This document shows, piece by piece, positions 41,209 through 51,339 of a stretch of DNA of 61,512 nt. Every line of letters begins with the position of its first letter. Position 1 is the stretch's first letter. The DNA is from Oculatellaceae cyanobacterium bins.114 (GTDB lineage: Bacteria; Cyanobacteriota; Cyanobacteriia; Elainellales; Elainellaceae): the NCBI GenBank assembly GCA_033764315.1, contig JANRJA010000228.1, forward strand, positions 1 to 61,512, written 5' to 3'. Below the pieces are notes generated by a model. That model was given only the letters and a program-made list of their open reading frames with translations, was not told the origin of the DNA and did no database searches. Position numbers and translations under genes: made by a program.

Positions 41209-41631
41209 GTGGCACGACTTAAACGCAATTCCGCTGTATTAGATAAAGCCCTGCTCCGAATGGCAGGAATGCGATCCATTCATGAAACGCTAGAGTTTGG
41301 AAACGGACTCAGTTTGGTGGAGTATGATACCCACATTCAAGCTCTTCAAACCCAATTATTGAGCTACAACACCATGCTCTCTACCCTGGATGAGATGGCG
41401 GGTCGTCTTGGGTTAATGGAACAAGAGTTGAGAAGTTATTCTGAAAAAATGTTGATGAGTGTGGCGACTCGTTATGGCAAAGACAGCTTGCAGTATATGC
41501 AGGCTGGAGGCAAAGCCCGGAAGCGTCTGACGCGATCGACATCTAGCTTGGCTGCATCCCCCGCAATGACTCCTACCGTAACAACCAGCACAACAACGAA
41601 TGGCAATGGGGCATCTGTAGCGGTGAATTAG
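41209..41631 (+). CDS. Small basic helical hypothetical protein (YGKDS..Y..AGG motif)
   Basis: AGGAG 8 nt before GTG; basic N-terminus, coiled-coil core, RYGKDSLQYMQAGGKARKR. Confidence 0.85.
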   Translation: MARLKRNSAVLDKALLRMAGMRSIHETLEFGNGLSLVEYDTHIQALQTQLLSYNTMLSTLDEMAGRLGLMEQELRSYSEKMLMSVATRYGKDSLQYMQAGGKARKRLTRSTSSLAASPAMTPTVTTSTTTNGNGASVAVN

Positions 41632-41838
41632 TCTTGAGAGTGATATCTGTAACAAGCTTGAATCAGGTGTGAACTGACACCTTGATAGAAGGAAGGGCTT
41701 AAGCCCCTTGTTTAGTGCAGCTCCATATTGAATTGGTATCAATTCTTTTGCAAGGTGGGTAGTGTTCACCCTATCCGGCTTTTTAAGCTAGACGCGCTAC
41801 TATGATGTCTGGCTTATTCATAGAAAAAAGGCTGTAAC

Positions 41839-42005
41839 TAACGTCAGTTCGGTTTAAGAGCCTAGCGAATAAATTCGCAGCTATCAGAGCGAAGTTCGCC
41901 TTCGCGAACTACGGAGAATCAAGGGTTGAGTGAACCGACGTAGGTCGGTTTCGCTCCTGTAGTTGCGGTTTCAACCGCCAAAATCCTTATCCCGAATTCA
42001 CGTTA
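41839..42005. mobile_element. MITE with imperfect TIRs containing a family C core
   Basis: TAACGTCAGTTCGGTTTAAG ... CTTATCCCGAATTCACGTTA; internal hairpins. Confidence 0.7.
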
Positions 42006-42127
42006 ACTATGAAGCGATCGCACTTTACTTCTTAAAGAGTTGTCTAAGCTTGGGAGCACCGTTAGATATCTGGGTATATTTGGGTACCCAAGATCCTAAG
42101 TGGGTAATTTTAGAAGGAGTTCTTTGA

Positions 42128-43384
42128 ATGGGTACGAACCTCAAATATCGCATTGGCGGCTACCAACCTGGCACTCGCCCCGATCATGCTAAATCTCATC
42201 AAGCGGGTCGGTTTGAGAAGCAACAATTGCCACATCGGGTTGATCTGCGAAAATTTATGACCGATGTAGAAGAGCAGGTTGGCAATAGTTGTGTCGCCAA
42301 TGCCTTTGTGGGAGCCTATGAATATTTGGCTAAGCGCGAACTTGGTGAAGCGGGAGATGTCAGTCGTTTGTTTTTGTATTACAACGCTCGGGCGCGACAT
42401 AACAGCCAGAATGAAGATAGCGGCACCATGATGTATTGCGCGATCGAGAGTTTGATGGAACATGGGGCTTGCTGCGAAGATTTGTGGCTCAATGATGAAT
42501 CAATGATTTTTAATGAGCCTGACGCATCCGCTTATGAGAATGCAGCCAATTTCACAATTACTGAAGCTGAGGTTATTGAAACTGATTTAGATTTATGGCG
42601 ACACACGTTAGCAGAAGGTCATCCCATCGCCTTTGCCCTCAATCTATTTGAATCCTTCAACACAGCGACTGAAAATCGAGGTCGTATTTCACTCCCCAAA
42701 AAATCTGAGAATGTACGAGAAACCCATGCGTGGCACGCCATGCTTTGCGTGGGATATTCTGACAAAGACCGAATGTTTATCGTGAGAAATTCCTGGGGAC
42801 CAGAATGGGGCGATCGCGGCTATTGCTACATTCCCTATGACTACGTCATGCACCCAGACTATAACGGGCATGACTCCTGGATTATCAAATCGGTTAATGA
42901 TCTAGATTTCACCTCTGAGGTTTGGGAAGACGATGAATCTTCCTTTTCGGATGAAAATTCCTTACTCCTATATGACTTCTATATCACCACAGAAGATCCT
43001 GAAGGATTTGCCGAAGCATTGGACGCTCTGTGTCTAGAGTATGTCGAGAGCGAAGAAGACTACTACTTTGACTATGACTACGAAGAAACCGACGAAGGCA
43101 CAACTCACCTCAATATTCTCAACTTTGATCTGACGATAGAAGACTCTACTGAGTTTTTAGAGAACTTAGACGCGCTTTGTCAAGAATATGCCGTTGACGA
43201 AGATTATGACTATACGTTAGATGGAGAAATCAACGAAGAGGACTCTGAAGACGAAGAAGAGGAAGAAGAGTATGACGAAGAAGAGTTAGAGATTGAAGAT
43301 AGCGACGAAGAAGACTTTGAAGAAGAGGAATATGACGAAGAAAGCTCTGAAGATGATGAAGAATATGATGAAGATGACGAATAG
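42128..43384 (+). CDS. Papain-like C1 cysteine peptidase with acidic C-terminal region
   Basis: Q...SCVANA (Cys), HAMLCVGY (His), RNSWG (Asn); D/E-rich tail. Confidence 0.9.
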   Translation: MGTNLKYRIGGYQPGTRPDHAKSHQAGRFEKQQLPHRVDLRKFMTDVEEQVGNSCVANAFVGAYEYLAKRELGEAGDVSRLFLYYNARARHNSQNEDSGTMMYCAIESLMEHGACCEDLWLNDESMIFNEPDASAYENAANFTITEAEVIETDLDLWRHTLAEGHPIAFALNLFESFNTATENRGRISLPKKSENVRETHAWHAMLCVGYSDKDRMFIVRNSWGPEWGDRGYCYIPYDYVMHPDYNGHDSWIIKSVNDLDFTSEVWEDDESSFSDENSLLLYDFYITTEDPEGFAEALDALCLEYVESEEDYYFDYDYEETDEGTTHLNILNFDLTIEDSTEFLENLDALCQEYAVDEDYDYTLDGEINEEDSEDEEEEEEYDEEELEIEDSDEEDFEEEEYDEESSEDDEEYDEDDE

Positions 43385-43441
43385 GGTTGTTACTGGTTTT
43401 GATCAGACTCATATCGCAGCTTAACTCCAAATTTTGACTCC

Positions 43442-43470
43442 AAAAACCCGACAGCAATGCCGGGTTTTTT
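43442..43470 (+). terminator. Putative intrinsic terminator
   Basis: AAAAACCCG...CGGGTTTTTT. Confidence 0.6.
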
Positions 43471-43534
43471 CTGTTATGGCACCTGTCGAAATGGTTGACA
43501 CGAAAGCGTCCACTCTTCCTGATTGGCTCTTCAG

Positions 43535-43633
43535 ACCGATTTAAACGGATTTTTGGGCAGATCAAAGTTCAGGAGGGACTTGGCACTGCCAAACCCGTAC
43601 CAGGATCTGTCGTATTTTCAATTCAAATTGGTA
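43535..43633. repeat. MITE-like family A copy 2
   Basis: Near-identical to 4617-4715. Confidence 0.85.
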
Positions 43634-43744
43634 TCAGTTGCTATTGGTAAAAGCAGAGGACAGGAGGCAGAGAGGATGCAAGATCCGCAAACTGTGGGCT
43701 ATTTCTGTTAGAAATAGGACATGTTTTAAGTTGACGATCGCCCT

Positions 43745-45262
43745 ATGATTCGTGTCAGAGCGCCTGAAATTCCCGCCCAGTTTGACTGGTTGAATGCAGA
43801 ACAACCCGCTTTGTCATTAAAAGCGTTGCGAGGTTACGTCATTCTCCTGGAGTTTTGGACGTATGGCTGTATCAATTGTTTGCACGTCATTCCAGATCTG
43901 AAGTATTTAGAACAGAAATATGGCGATCGCCTCATTGTGATTGGGGTTCACACCGCTAAGTTTGACCACGAAAATCATCCTGATAGTATTCAGCAAGCCG
44001 TGTTGCGATATGGCATTTCCCATCCCGTAGTGATTGATCGCGATCGCCATCTTTGGGATCAGTATACGGTGAAGGCATATCCCACCGTGGTGGTCATTGA
44101 CCCACAAGGATATATAGCCGGAACGATTGTTGGTGAAGGTCAACGACAGAGGTTAGAAACCCTGATTCAACAGGTATTACACGCCCATGATGGCAAGGAA
44201 ATGCTTCCTGATGCTTCCCTGCAACTGACCCTACAACCTCCTCAAACGCCGCCTCTCTCGCCACTCGCGTTTCCCGGAAAAGTCATAACTGACGAAGAGA
44301 GCCATTTACTGTGTATTGCTGACACAGGGCATCATCGCCTGGTGATTACCACACTGGATGGGGCACTGAAAGCAGTAATCGGTACAGGTGAGGCGGGCAG
44401 GCTAGATGGAGCCTGGGCAGTGGCTCAATTTGCTGCACCGCAAGGGATGGCGTTCGATCGCCAGAAACAGGTGCTCTATGTGGCAGACACGGGTAATCAT
44501 CAATTGCGATGTGTTGATTTATCCGCTCAGACTGTGAGTACGATCGCCGGTACTGGAAGCCAGAGCCAGTGGTTGTTTCCGCATGGGGGTAAAGCGTTAG
44601 ATCTCGATCTCAACTCTCCCTGGGATGTGGTACAGCGTGAGGACAGACTATATGTGGCAATGGCAGGCTCTCACCAAATTTGGGTAATGGATTTGTTAGA
44701 ACACACCCTTCAAACCTGGATGGGTACTGGGGCAGAGTTTTGTGTAGATGGTTCCCCTGAAGTTGCCGCTTTTGCTCAACCCAGTGGACTCGCTATGCAC
44801 ACAGATGAAATATTTGTGGCAGATAGTGAGGTCAGTTCAATTCGAGGGGTTGCTATTCAAAATGTGCCCGTTGCTCGAACAGTATGTGGGAGTGGTCAAC
44901 TATTCGACTTTGGCGATCGCGATGGCATCGGTTCGGTCGTTCGGTTACAACACTGTTTGGGCATCGTTTATGCAGCAGGATTTTTGTGGGTTGCCGATAC
45001 CTACAACCACAAAATCAAACAAATCAATCCAACAACTGGGGAATGTCTAACAATTGCAGGTAGCGGTATCTCTGATCTTCGGAATGGAACGGGGATTGAC
45101 ACAGCTTTTGCAGAACCCTCTGGAGTGACCTATGCCCGTCAACACCTATTTGTTGCAGACACCAATAACCATGCTGTTCGACAAATTCACCTCAAGTCGT
45201 TAGAAGTCAGTACGTTGGAAATACCAACTCTGTGTTCACCTTATGTCTGCCTGCCTGCGTGA
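43745..45262 (+). CDS. Thioredoxin-like plus NHL-repeat protein (SOQ1/NHLRC2-like)
   Basis: FWTYGCINC, GVHTAKF, repeated ADTGNH NHL blades. Confidence 0.9.
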   Translation: MIRVRAPEIPAQFDWLNAEQPALSLKALRGYVILLEFWTYGCINCLHVIPDLKYLEQKYGDRLIVIGVHTAKFDHENHPDSIQQAVLRYGISHPVVIDRDRHLWDQYTVKAYPTVVVIDPQGYIAGTIVGEGQRQRLETLIQQVLHAHDGKEMLPDASLQLTLQPPQTPPLSPLAFPGKVITDEESHLLCIADTGHHRLVITTLDGALKAVIGTGEAGRLDGAWAVAQFAAPQGMAFDRQKQVLYVADTGNHQLRCVDLSAQTVSTIAGTGSQSQWLFPHGGKALDLDLNSPWDVVQREDRLYVAMAGSHQIWVMDLLEHTLQTWMGTGAEFCVDGSPEVAAFAQPSGLAMHTDEIFVADSEVSSIRGVAIQNVPVARTVCGSGQLFDFGDRDGIGSVVRLQHCLGIVYAAGFLWVADTYNHKIKQINPTTGECLTIAGSGISDLRNGTGIDTAFAEPSGVTYARQHLFVADTNNHAVRQIHLKSLEVSTLEIPTLCSPYVCLPA

Positions 45263-45264
45263 GT

Positions 45265-45879
45265 CTAGCCAATCACGCGAAAAGTCAGGTTAATACGAGG
45301 AGTGATAGTCCGTTTCGTTTTAGAAATCTGGTGTTGCCAGCAATGTTGCGTCGTCCCTTGCATTAACAAAAAACTGCCAGACGTCAACTCCAACGAGTGT
45401 CTTAACTCTTTTTGAGATTTGTGTCGCAGCCCAAATCGGCGCGTTTCACCAAAACTGAGAGAGCCAATCACCGGATTTTGCCCCAACTCTGGTTCGTCGT
45501 CGCTGTGCCAACCCATGCTGTCGTTTCCGTTGCGATAGAGGTTGAGCAGCACGCTGTTAAAGGTGACACCTGACACCCCATCCACTTGAGCTTTGAGGGC
45601 AAGTAAACTCTCGGTCCACGGTTTTGGAGCCATCGTGATGCCAGAGTAGGTATAGCATTTACCGGGATCACCATACCAAGCCGTGAGTCGAGGCAGGGGC
45701 AGCGATCGCCCAAACATGGTGATCCAATCTTGTTGCCAGTCGATGGTCTGTGTTAACTCAGCTAACCAGCGATCGCTCTCCCTAGCCCCAAACAAGGTTG
45801 GATAGAGCACCAGATCTGCATCGGGTAGTGGTATAGGGATCGCCAAAGAACTTTTGGGGTGAGGGTGGCTTTTAACCAT
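45265..45879 (-). CDS. AlkB-family 2OG-Fe(II) dioxygenase
   Basis: PRLTAWYGD, NLYRNGNDSMGWHSDDE, WQH, RINLTFR; start uncertain (45879 or 45909). Confidence 0.92.
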   Translation of the reverse strand: MVKSHPHPKSSLAIPIPLPDADLVLYPTLFGARESDRWLAELTQTIDWQQDWITMFGRSLPLPRLTAWYGDPGKCYTYSGITMAPKPWTESLLALKAQVDGVSGVTFNSVLLNLYRNGNDSMGWHSDDEPELGQNPVIGSLSFGETRRFGLRHKSQKELRHSLELTSGSFLLMQGTTQHCWQHQISKTKRTITPRINLTFRVIG

Positions 45880-45907
45880 AAAGGTCGGGCAATAGAGGGT
45901 TGATATC

Positions 45908-45978
45908 ATTTCTGGAAATTTAGGCTACACAGTAATATCCCCGTAAGGACGTTTCGCGCAACACTCTTACCGCTGATC
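45908..45978. repeat. REP-like family D copy
   Basis: Matches 40693-40763. Confidence 0.75.
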
Positions 45979-46027
45979 CGTACCCGTTATAGGTTGAATT
46001 GGGTTGAGACATCGCTAAAATGAACTC

Positions 46028-46444
46028 ATGCTGCAAATTTCTAACACAGTCACGATTCCAGAGCATGAAATTGAGATGAGTGCAGTGCGCTCTCAAGGTG
46101 CAGGTGGGCAAAACGTCAACAAGGTGGCGACTGCGATTCATCTGCGGTTTGACATTGGGGCTTCCTCGTTGCCAGAACACTATAAAGAGCGGTTGTTGAA
46201 GCTAAGTGACCAGCGCATAACCAAAGAAGGCGTTATCGTCATCAAAGCTCAAGAACATCGTAGTCAAGAGCAAAACCGGGAAGAGGCATTGCAGCGACTG
46301 CAAGAATTAATCAAGAGTGCGATCGCCCTTCCTAAACCACGTAAACCTAGCAAGCCAACTCGCAGTTCTCAACGAAAACGATTGGATAGCAAAACTAAAC
46401 GGAGCCAAATTAAGGCAAACCGGGGAAAAGTGGTTGATGAATAA
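46028..46444 (+). CDS. arfB: Alternative ribosome rescue peptidyl-tRNA hydrolase ArfB
   Basis: [16 protein letters not shown], basic C-terminal tail. Confidence 0.95.
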   Translation: MLQISNTVTIPEHEIEMSAVRSQGAGGQNVNKVATAIHLRFDIGASSLPEHYKERLLKLSDQRITKEGVIVIKAQEHRSQEQNREEALQRLQELIKSAIALPKPRKPSKPTRSSQRKRLDSKTKRSQIKANRGKVVDE

Positions 46445-46447
46445 CCA

Positions 46448-46936
46448 TCATTCTGTTTGTACAGGGTCGATGCGACGGAGCTTAGGATATTTCTTTTGAA
46501 AATAGTGTTGGTGATCTTCAGTAGCTCGCCAATAGCTCGACGCAGGATGAATTTGAGTGACGATCGGTTTGTCATACTGACCAGAGTGGTCTAGCCGTTG
46601 CTTGGATGCTCTAGCCATGCTTGCTTGCTCTAAAGTGTGGTAAAAAATAACCGACCGATACTGTTCTCCCCGGTCGGCTCCCTGCCGATTTAGGCTGGTT
46701 GGGTCGTGAATCCGCCAAAACGTGTCGAGCAATTCGCCATAGCTAACCACAGCGGGATCGTAGTCCACCTGACAGACTTCAGCGTGACCTGTAATCCGAG
46801 ATAGCACATCCAGATAGCTAGGCTCTGCAAAATGTCCACCCATATAGCCCACTGAGGTAGATACGACCCCCTTCACTGGCTCAAAAGCCGCTTCAACTCC
46901 CCAAAAACATCCAGCTCCAAACGTTGCTTTTTCCAT
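46448..46936 (-). CDS. msrA: Peptide-methionine (S)-S-oxide reductase
   Basis: GCFWG, TGHAE, QG.D.GEQYRS, HQHY. Confidence 0.95.
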   Translation of the reverse strand: MEKATFGAGCFWGVEAAFEPVKGVVSTSVGYMGGHFAEPSYLDVLSRITGHAEVCQVDYDPAVVSYGELLDTFWRIHDPTSLNRQGADRGEQYRSVIFYHTLEQASMARASKQRLDHSGQYDKPIVTQIHPASSYWRATEDHQHYFQKKYPKLRRIDPVQTE

Positions 46937-47078
46937 CTCTCAGGTGTCCTTACCTTTCTTCCTTTATTATGACTAACCCTCTGGTACATGCCCAATGAGG
47001 ACGACGATCGAGGATTACGGTGTATTGACTAACAGTTTGCAAGGTTGCATTTAGCGTTTAATCTGAGATCTGAAAAAA

Positions 47079-48416
47079 GTGAGTAGCATTCCCATGAATC
47101 CTAGCGATCGCCCTCTATCTGTATCTCCTGAAGACTTGTGGCAAGTAGTTGAAGATCACCTGATTCGCTATGGCGGCAGTTTTGCACCCATGCTGATTCA
47201 ACAAGCGCGGGGAACCTATCTGTATGATCAGTCGGGTCGAGCAATTCTAGACTTTACCTCTGGGCAAATGTGTGCCACGTTAGGACATAATCACCCAGCC
47301 GTGGTCGAGGCCATTCACAAAGCGTGTGAAGGAGTGCTACACCTCTACAGTGGCATGTTGTCTCCCTCAGTTGCTCAACTGGCAGAACTGCTCTGTAGCC
47401 TCCTACCCCCGCAGTTGCAAAAAGTCTTGTTTGTCAACACAGGCAGTGAATCTAACGAAGCGGCCTTACGCATGGCAAAGCTTAAGACCGAGGGCTTTGA
47501 AGTGATTGGTTTGAGCAGTTCATGGCACGGCATGACAGCCGCCGCCAGTGCCAGCACCTATCTCACAGCTCGTAAAGGATATGGGCCATCCATGCCAGGG
47601 ACGATGGCAATCCCATCTCCCAACTGCTATCGTTGTCCAATTCAGCATTGCCAAAATCAGTGTGATCTAACCTGTTTAGACGTCGGGTTTAACTTAGCCG
47701 ATAGTCAATCCGTTGGTTCATATGCTGCCGCTGTCGTGGAACCCGTGCTCAGTGCTGGAGGGGTGATTGTTCCACCTGAGGGTTACTTTAAACGGCTCCA
47801 AACTTTGTGTCACGAACGTGGCATGTTACTGATTCTAGACGAGGCTCAAACCGCATTTGGACGATTGGGAAGTCTGTTTGCATTTGAGCAATTAGACATC
47901 GTCCCTGATATTTTGACTCTCTCTAAAACTCTGGGTGGTGGATTGCCGCTTGCCGCTACTGTGACGAGTGCTGAGATTGAAGCTGACTGTTATGACAAAG
48001 GGTTTGTCTTTTATACATCGCACGTCTCAGACCCCTTACCGGCTGAGGTGGGTTTGGCAGTCTTGAGGGTTTTGATCACTGAAAATTTGGCAGATCGAGC
48101 CGCGGAGATGGGTAACTACTTAAAAGCAGGGTTATTGGAACTGCAAAAACGGTATGAGGTGATTGGGGATGTGCGTGGACGAGGATTGTTGTTAGGAGTG
48201 GAGTTGGTCAAAGATCGAGAGAGTCGATCGCCTCACCCAGTTTTAGGAGCAGCCGTAACTCAACGGTGCATGGAATTGGGGTTGAGCATGAACATTGCCA
48301 CCTTGCCAGGAATGGGCAGCGTCTGGCGAATTGCACCCCCTTTAACAGTGACAACAGATGAGCTAGATAAGGGATTGACCATTTTAGAACAAGCACTGGT
48401 TGAAAACATGGCTTAG
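47079..48416 (+). CDS. Class III PLP enzyme, 2,2-dialkylglycine decarboxylase-like
   Basis: HLIRYGGSF, GRAILDFTSGQM, SWHGMT, DEAQT, LTLSKTLG, YTSHVSDPLPA. Confidence 0.85.
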   Translation: MSSIPMNPSDRPLSVSPEDLWQVVEDHLIRYGGSFAPMLIQQARGTYLYDQSGRAILDFTSGQMCATLGHNHPAVVEAIHKACEGVLHLYSGMLSPSVAQLAELLCSLLPPQLQKVLFVNTGSESNEAALRMAKLKTEGFEVIGLSSSWHGMTAAASASTYLTARKGYGPSMPGTMAIPSPNCYRCPIQHCQNQCDLTCLDVGFNLADSQSVGSYAAAVVEPVLSAGGVIVPPEGYFKRLQTLCHERGMLLILDEAQTAFGRLGSLFAFEQLDIVPDILTLSKTLGGGLPLAATVTSAEIEADCYDKGFVFYTSHVSDPLPAEVGLAVLRVLITENLADRAAEMGNYLKAGLLELQKRYEVIGDVRGRGLLLGVELVKDRESRSPHPVLGAAVTQRCMELGLSMNIATLPGMGSVWRIAPPLTVTTDELDKGLTILEQALVENMA

Positions 48417-49090
48417 GGTCTTGATTCCTATCACCACGCTTGATTTCTCAGCACGGTTTCTCAGTAAGGCGGCTTGAGGAACCTTCCCTCCACGGCGTGC
48501 ATCTCATTTGGAAGGAAACAGAGATCTGTGTCCACGGTAGCCTTAAAAAGGAGAGGGATCGTACAGAGACTTGGCATCTCTAACAGAGATTTGTGTCCAC
48601 GTTAGTCCTAGGGGCGGTTTTCAAAGGGGCGCGTTTATAGGCTCAGACGTGGTGAAAAGGGCATACAAGTAGCTCATTGCCTAGCATTTCAAGGAAGTTG
48701 GTCTGCGCTAGAGTCAAAGCAGGTTTAACCATCTGCTGAATTTGTAGTGGGATTTGCAATTGGCTTGGGTCAACCAACGGATTGACTCACTGTTTGCTGA
48801 CCAATGATTAGCCCCAAAACCCTATTCTCTCAAGCAATAGTGTGGGGACACATTGCTATAGCACACCAGTAATAAATGTGAATTTTCGGTAAAACGGCTG
48901 ATTTAGAAAATTACACAATTCATGTAATATCTATCTCAAGATAGATGTATTTCAAGCAGCCTATCTATTTGGAGCAATGAAGAGTAGTGCTTAAAAATGA
49001 GAACGCAATAAAATAAAGAGGTTCGCTAGAGGCAAGTTGTGCCAATCACTGTAGAAAAACCATCCGGCTAAATTTGCTCCTACAGACAGA

Positions 49091-50854
49091 ATGGGAGATG
49101 GTATTGAATTTAGAATTTCTAATAATTCAGTCGAGCCCACCTTAGTTAACCCTTATGACCATGAGCTGATGGAAGACTATGCTGCTAACCGAGCAGACCC
49201 AACTGTTTTAGAAGACTTATTTGCAAGTGGTGGAGAAATGGGTGCTCAGATCCAAGCGTTTGATTGGGCATCAACTCCTATTGGTTCAATAGAAACCTGG
49301 TCTCGCAGCCTTCAGATCACCCTACAGATTTTGCTGCTGTCTAAGTTTCCAATGCAGATTCTCTGGGGTTCAGAGTACATTCAGTTTTATAACGACGCCT
49401 ATATTCCGATCGCGGGCAACAAACATCCAACTGCATTAGGTCAACGAGGACAAGACTGCTGGAAGGAAGTGTGGGATTTTGCGGGGCCGCTGTTAGATCA
49501 CGTGATGCAAACGGGGACAGCCACTTGGTCTGAAGATCAGCTTTTGATTTTGCATCGGCACGGATATGCTGAGGAGTGCTATTTCACCTTTTCCTACACG
49601 CCTATTTGGGAAGCCTCTGGCACAGTGGGTGGAATCTTTATTGCGGTTCATGAAACAACTCAAAAAATTTTGAGTGAGCGTCGTGAACGCGAATTGCGGG
49701 TCGAAGCACAGGCTGCAAAAGAGTCGGCAGAGAAAGCCAATCGGCTCAAGGATCAGTTTCTAGCGGTTCTCTCTCATGAGTTGAGATCGCCGCTGAATCC
49801 GATTGTGGGTTGGGCAAAGTTGCTGTTATCACGCGCCTTAGATGCAGACACGACCAAACAAGCTCTAGAGTCAATCGAACGGAATGCCAAATTACAGGCT
49901 CAAATGATTGATGACTTATTAGATGTCTCGCGTATCCTTCAAAATAAACTCGTTCTGGATACGGCTCCAATCCATCTTGTGCCAATTATTAAGGATGCAT
50001 TAGAGACTGTACAATCTGCGGCGATCGCCAAAGCCATTCACCTCCAAGCTCAGTTAGACCCCACTCCGCTGCAAGTCCTGGGAGACTCTAATCGACTCAA
50101 ACAAGTGATTTGGAACTTGCTCTCAAATGCGGTGAAGTTTACCCCTCAAGGGGGGCAAGTCAAGATCACATTAGACTACGTTGATGCATCAGCGCAGGTG
50201 CAAGTTATTGACACTGGCAAAGGAATTTCGGCTGACTTTCTGCCTCATGTTTTTGACCACTTTCAGCAAGCAGACAGCACAACGACCAGAGTTTTTGGAG
50301 GTTTGGGGCTAGGGTTGGCGATCGCCAAGCAAATTGTAGACATGCATGGAGGAGTGATTCAGGCGGCTAGCCCTGGTGAAGGACAGGGAGCCACTTTTAC
50401 AGTCAGGTTCCCTCTTGTGGTTAATACACTACAACCTGTCCAGGATACTCCTCTCTCTATGACCGACGCAGACCTTAAAAACATTCATGTGTTAGTCGTT
50501 GAAGATGACGCAGACAATCGTGAGATGATTACTTTTACTCTAGAAATGTATGGTGCAAAAGTCACCGCTGTGTCATCCGCTTCATCCGCGATCGATACAC
50601 TTTCGCAATGTCAGCCTGATATTCTCATTAGTGATATTGGCATGTCTGGAATGGATGGATATGCGCTGATGCAGCAGATTCGGAGAGTTACTCAAACGGG
50701 TCAAATTCCTGCGATCGCACTGACGGCCTATGTGAGTGAAGCAGATCAACAACAAGCGATCGCGGCTGGTTTTCAAGAACATCTCTCTAAGCCAATGGAG
50801 CCAACGCAGCTAGTGGCAACCATTTTAAAGGTTCTTCAAGATCATACGAGATGA
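49091..50854 (+). CDS. Hybrid histidine kinase (PAS-like, HisKA, HATPase, REC)
   Basis: SHELRSPL, NAVKFT, GGLGLGL, DIGM receiver. Confidence 0.93.
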   Translation: MGDGIEFRISNNSVEPTLVNPYDHELMEDYAANRADPTVLEDLFASGGEMGAQIQAFDWASTPIGSIETWSRSLQITLQILLLSKFPMQILWGSEYIQFYNDAYIPIAGNKHPTALGQRGQDCWKEVWDFAGPLLDHVMQTGTATWSEDQLLILHRHGYAEECYFTFSYTPIWEASGTVGGIFIAVHETTQKILSERRERELRVEAQAAKESAEKANRLKDQFLAVLSHELRSPLNPIVGWAKLLLSRALDADTTKQALESIERNAKLQAQMIDDLLDVSRILQNKLVLDTAPIHLVPIIKDALETVQSAAIAKAIHLQAQLDPTPLQVLGDSNRLKQVIWNLLSNAVKFTPQGGQVKITLDYVDASAQVQVIDTGKGISADFLPHVFDHFQQADSTTTRVFGGLGLGLAIAKQIVDMHGGVIQAASPGEGQGATFTVRFPLVVNTLQPVQDTPLSMTDADLKNIHVLVVEDDADNREMITFTLEMYGAKVTAVSSASSAIDTLSQCQPDILISDIGMSGMDGYALMQQIRRVTQTGQIPAIALTAYVSEADQQQAIAAGFQEHLSKPMEPTQLVATILKVLQDHTR

Positions 50855-50863
50855 GCCACTGCA

Positions 50864-51184
50864 CTAAACTTTGCCATCAAACCGTTGCAGCCAGATGATA
50901 TTAGCCAACGTCGTAATAACCAGAGCACTGCCTCCACCAACCCATGCCAGCGTTGGATTGTAACCACTATGGCCGAGGTTTACCATCCACAGATGGGTGA
51001 GGTCAGAAGACACTAAACGATCAGCAATCAAGGGAAAAAGATACATCAACGATGCACCCACAATGAGCCAGCCCACCATAGAGGCGAGCAGAAAAATAGT
51101 TTTGGCGACAGATTGGCTACCCATGAGCGATCGCAGTAAAGAACTACTGTTGAGATTACCACGGCTAATGTGTTCTATGGGCAC
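50864..51184 (-). CDS. Small hypothetical membrane protein
   Basis: Two hydrophobic segments; start uncertain. Confidence 0.55.
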   Translation of the reverse strand: MPIEHISRGNLNSSSLLRSLMGSQSVAKTIFLLASMVGWLIVGASLMYLFPLIADRLVSSDLTHLWMVNLGHSGYNPTLAWVGGGSALVITTLANIIWLQRFDGKV

Positions 51185-51339
51185 GCTTAGACCAAGGGAT
51201 TGGTCTTCCCTGGCTTGAGGGGCAACCAGGTTTGACTAGCCCCACTCATGATATGGTTTTGGTTTGTGTCACTCACCGTCTCCTGGTTCTGAGATGAAAG
51301 AAAACCTCGTTCAAAAGCCTGATACAAGCATGACCCATA

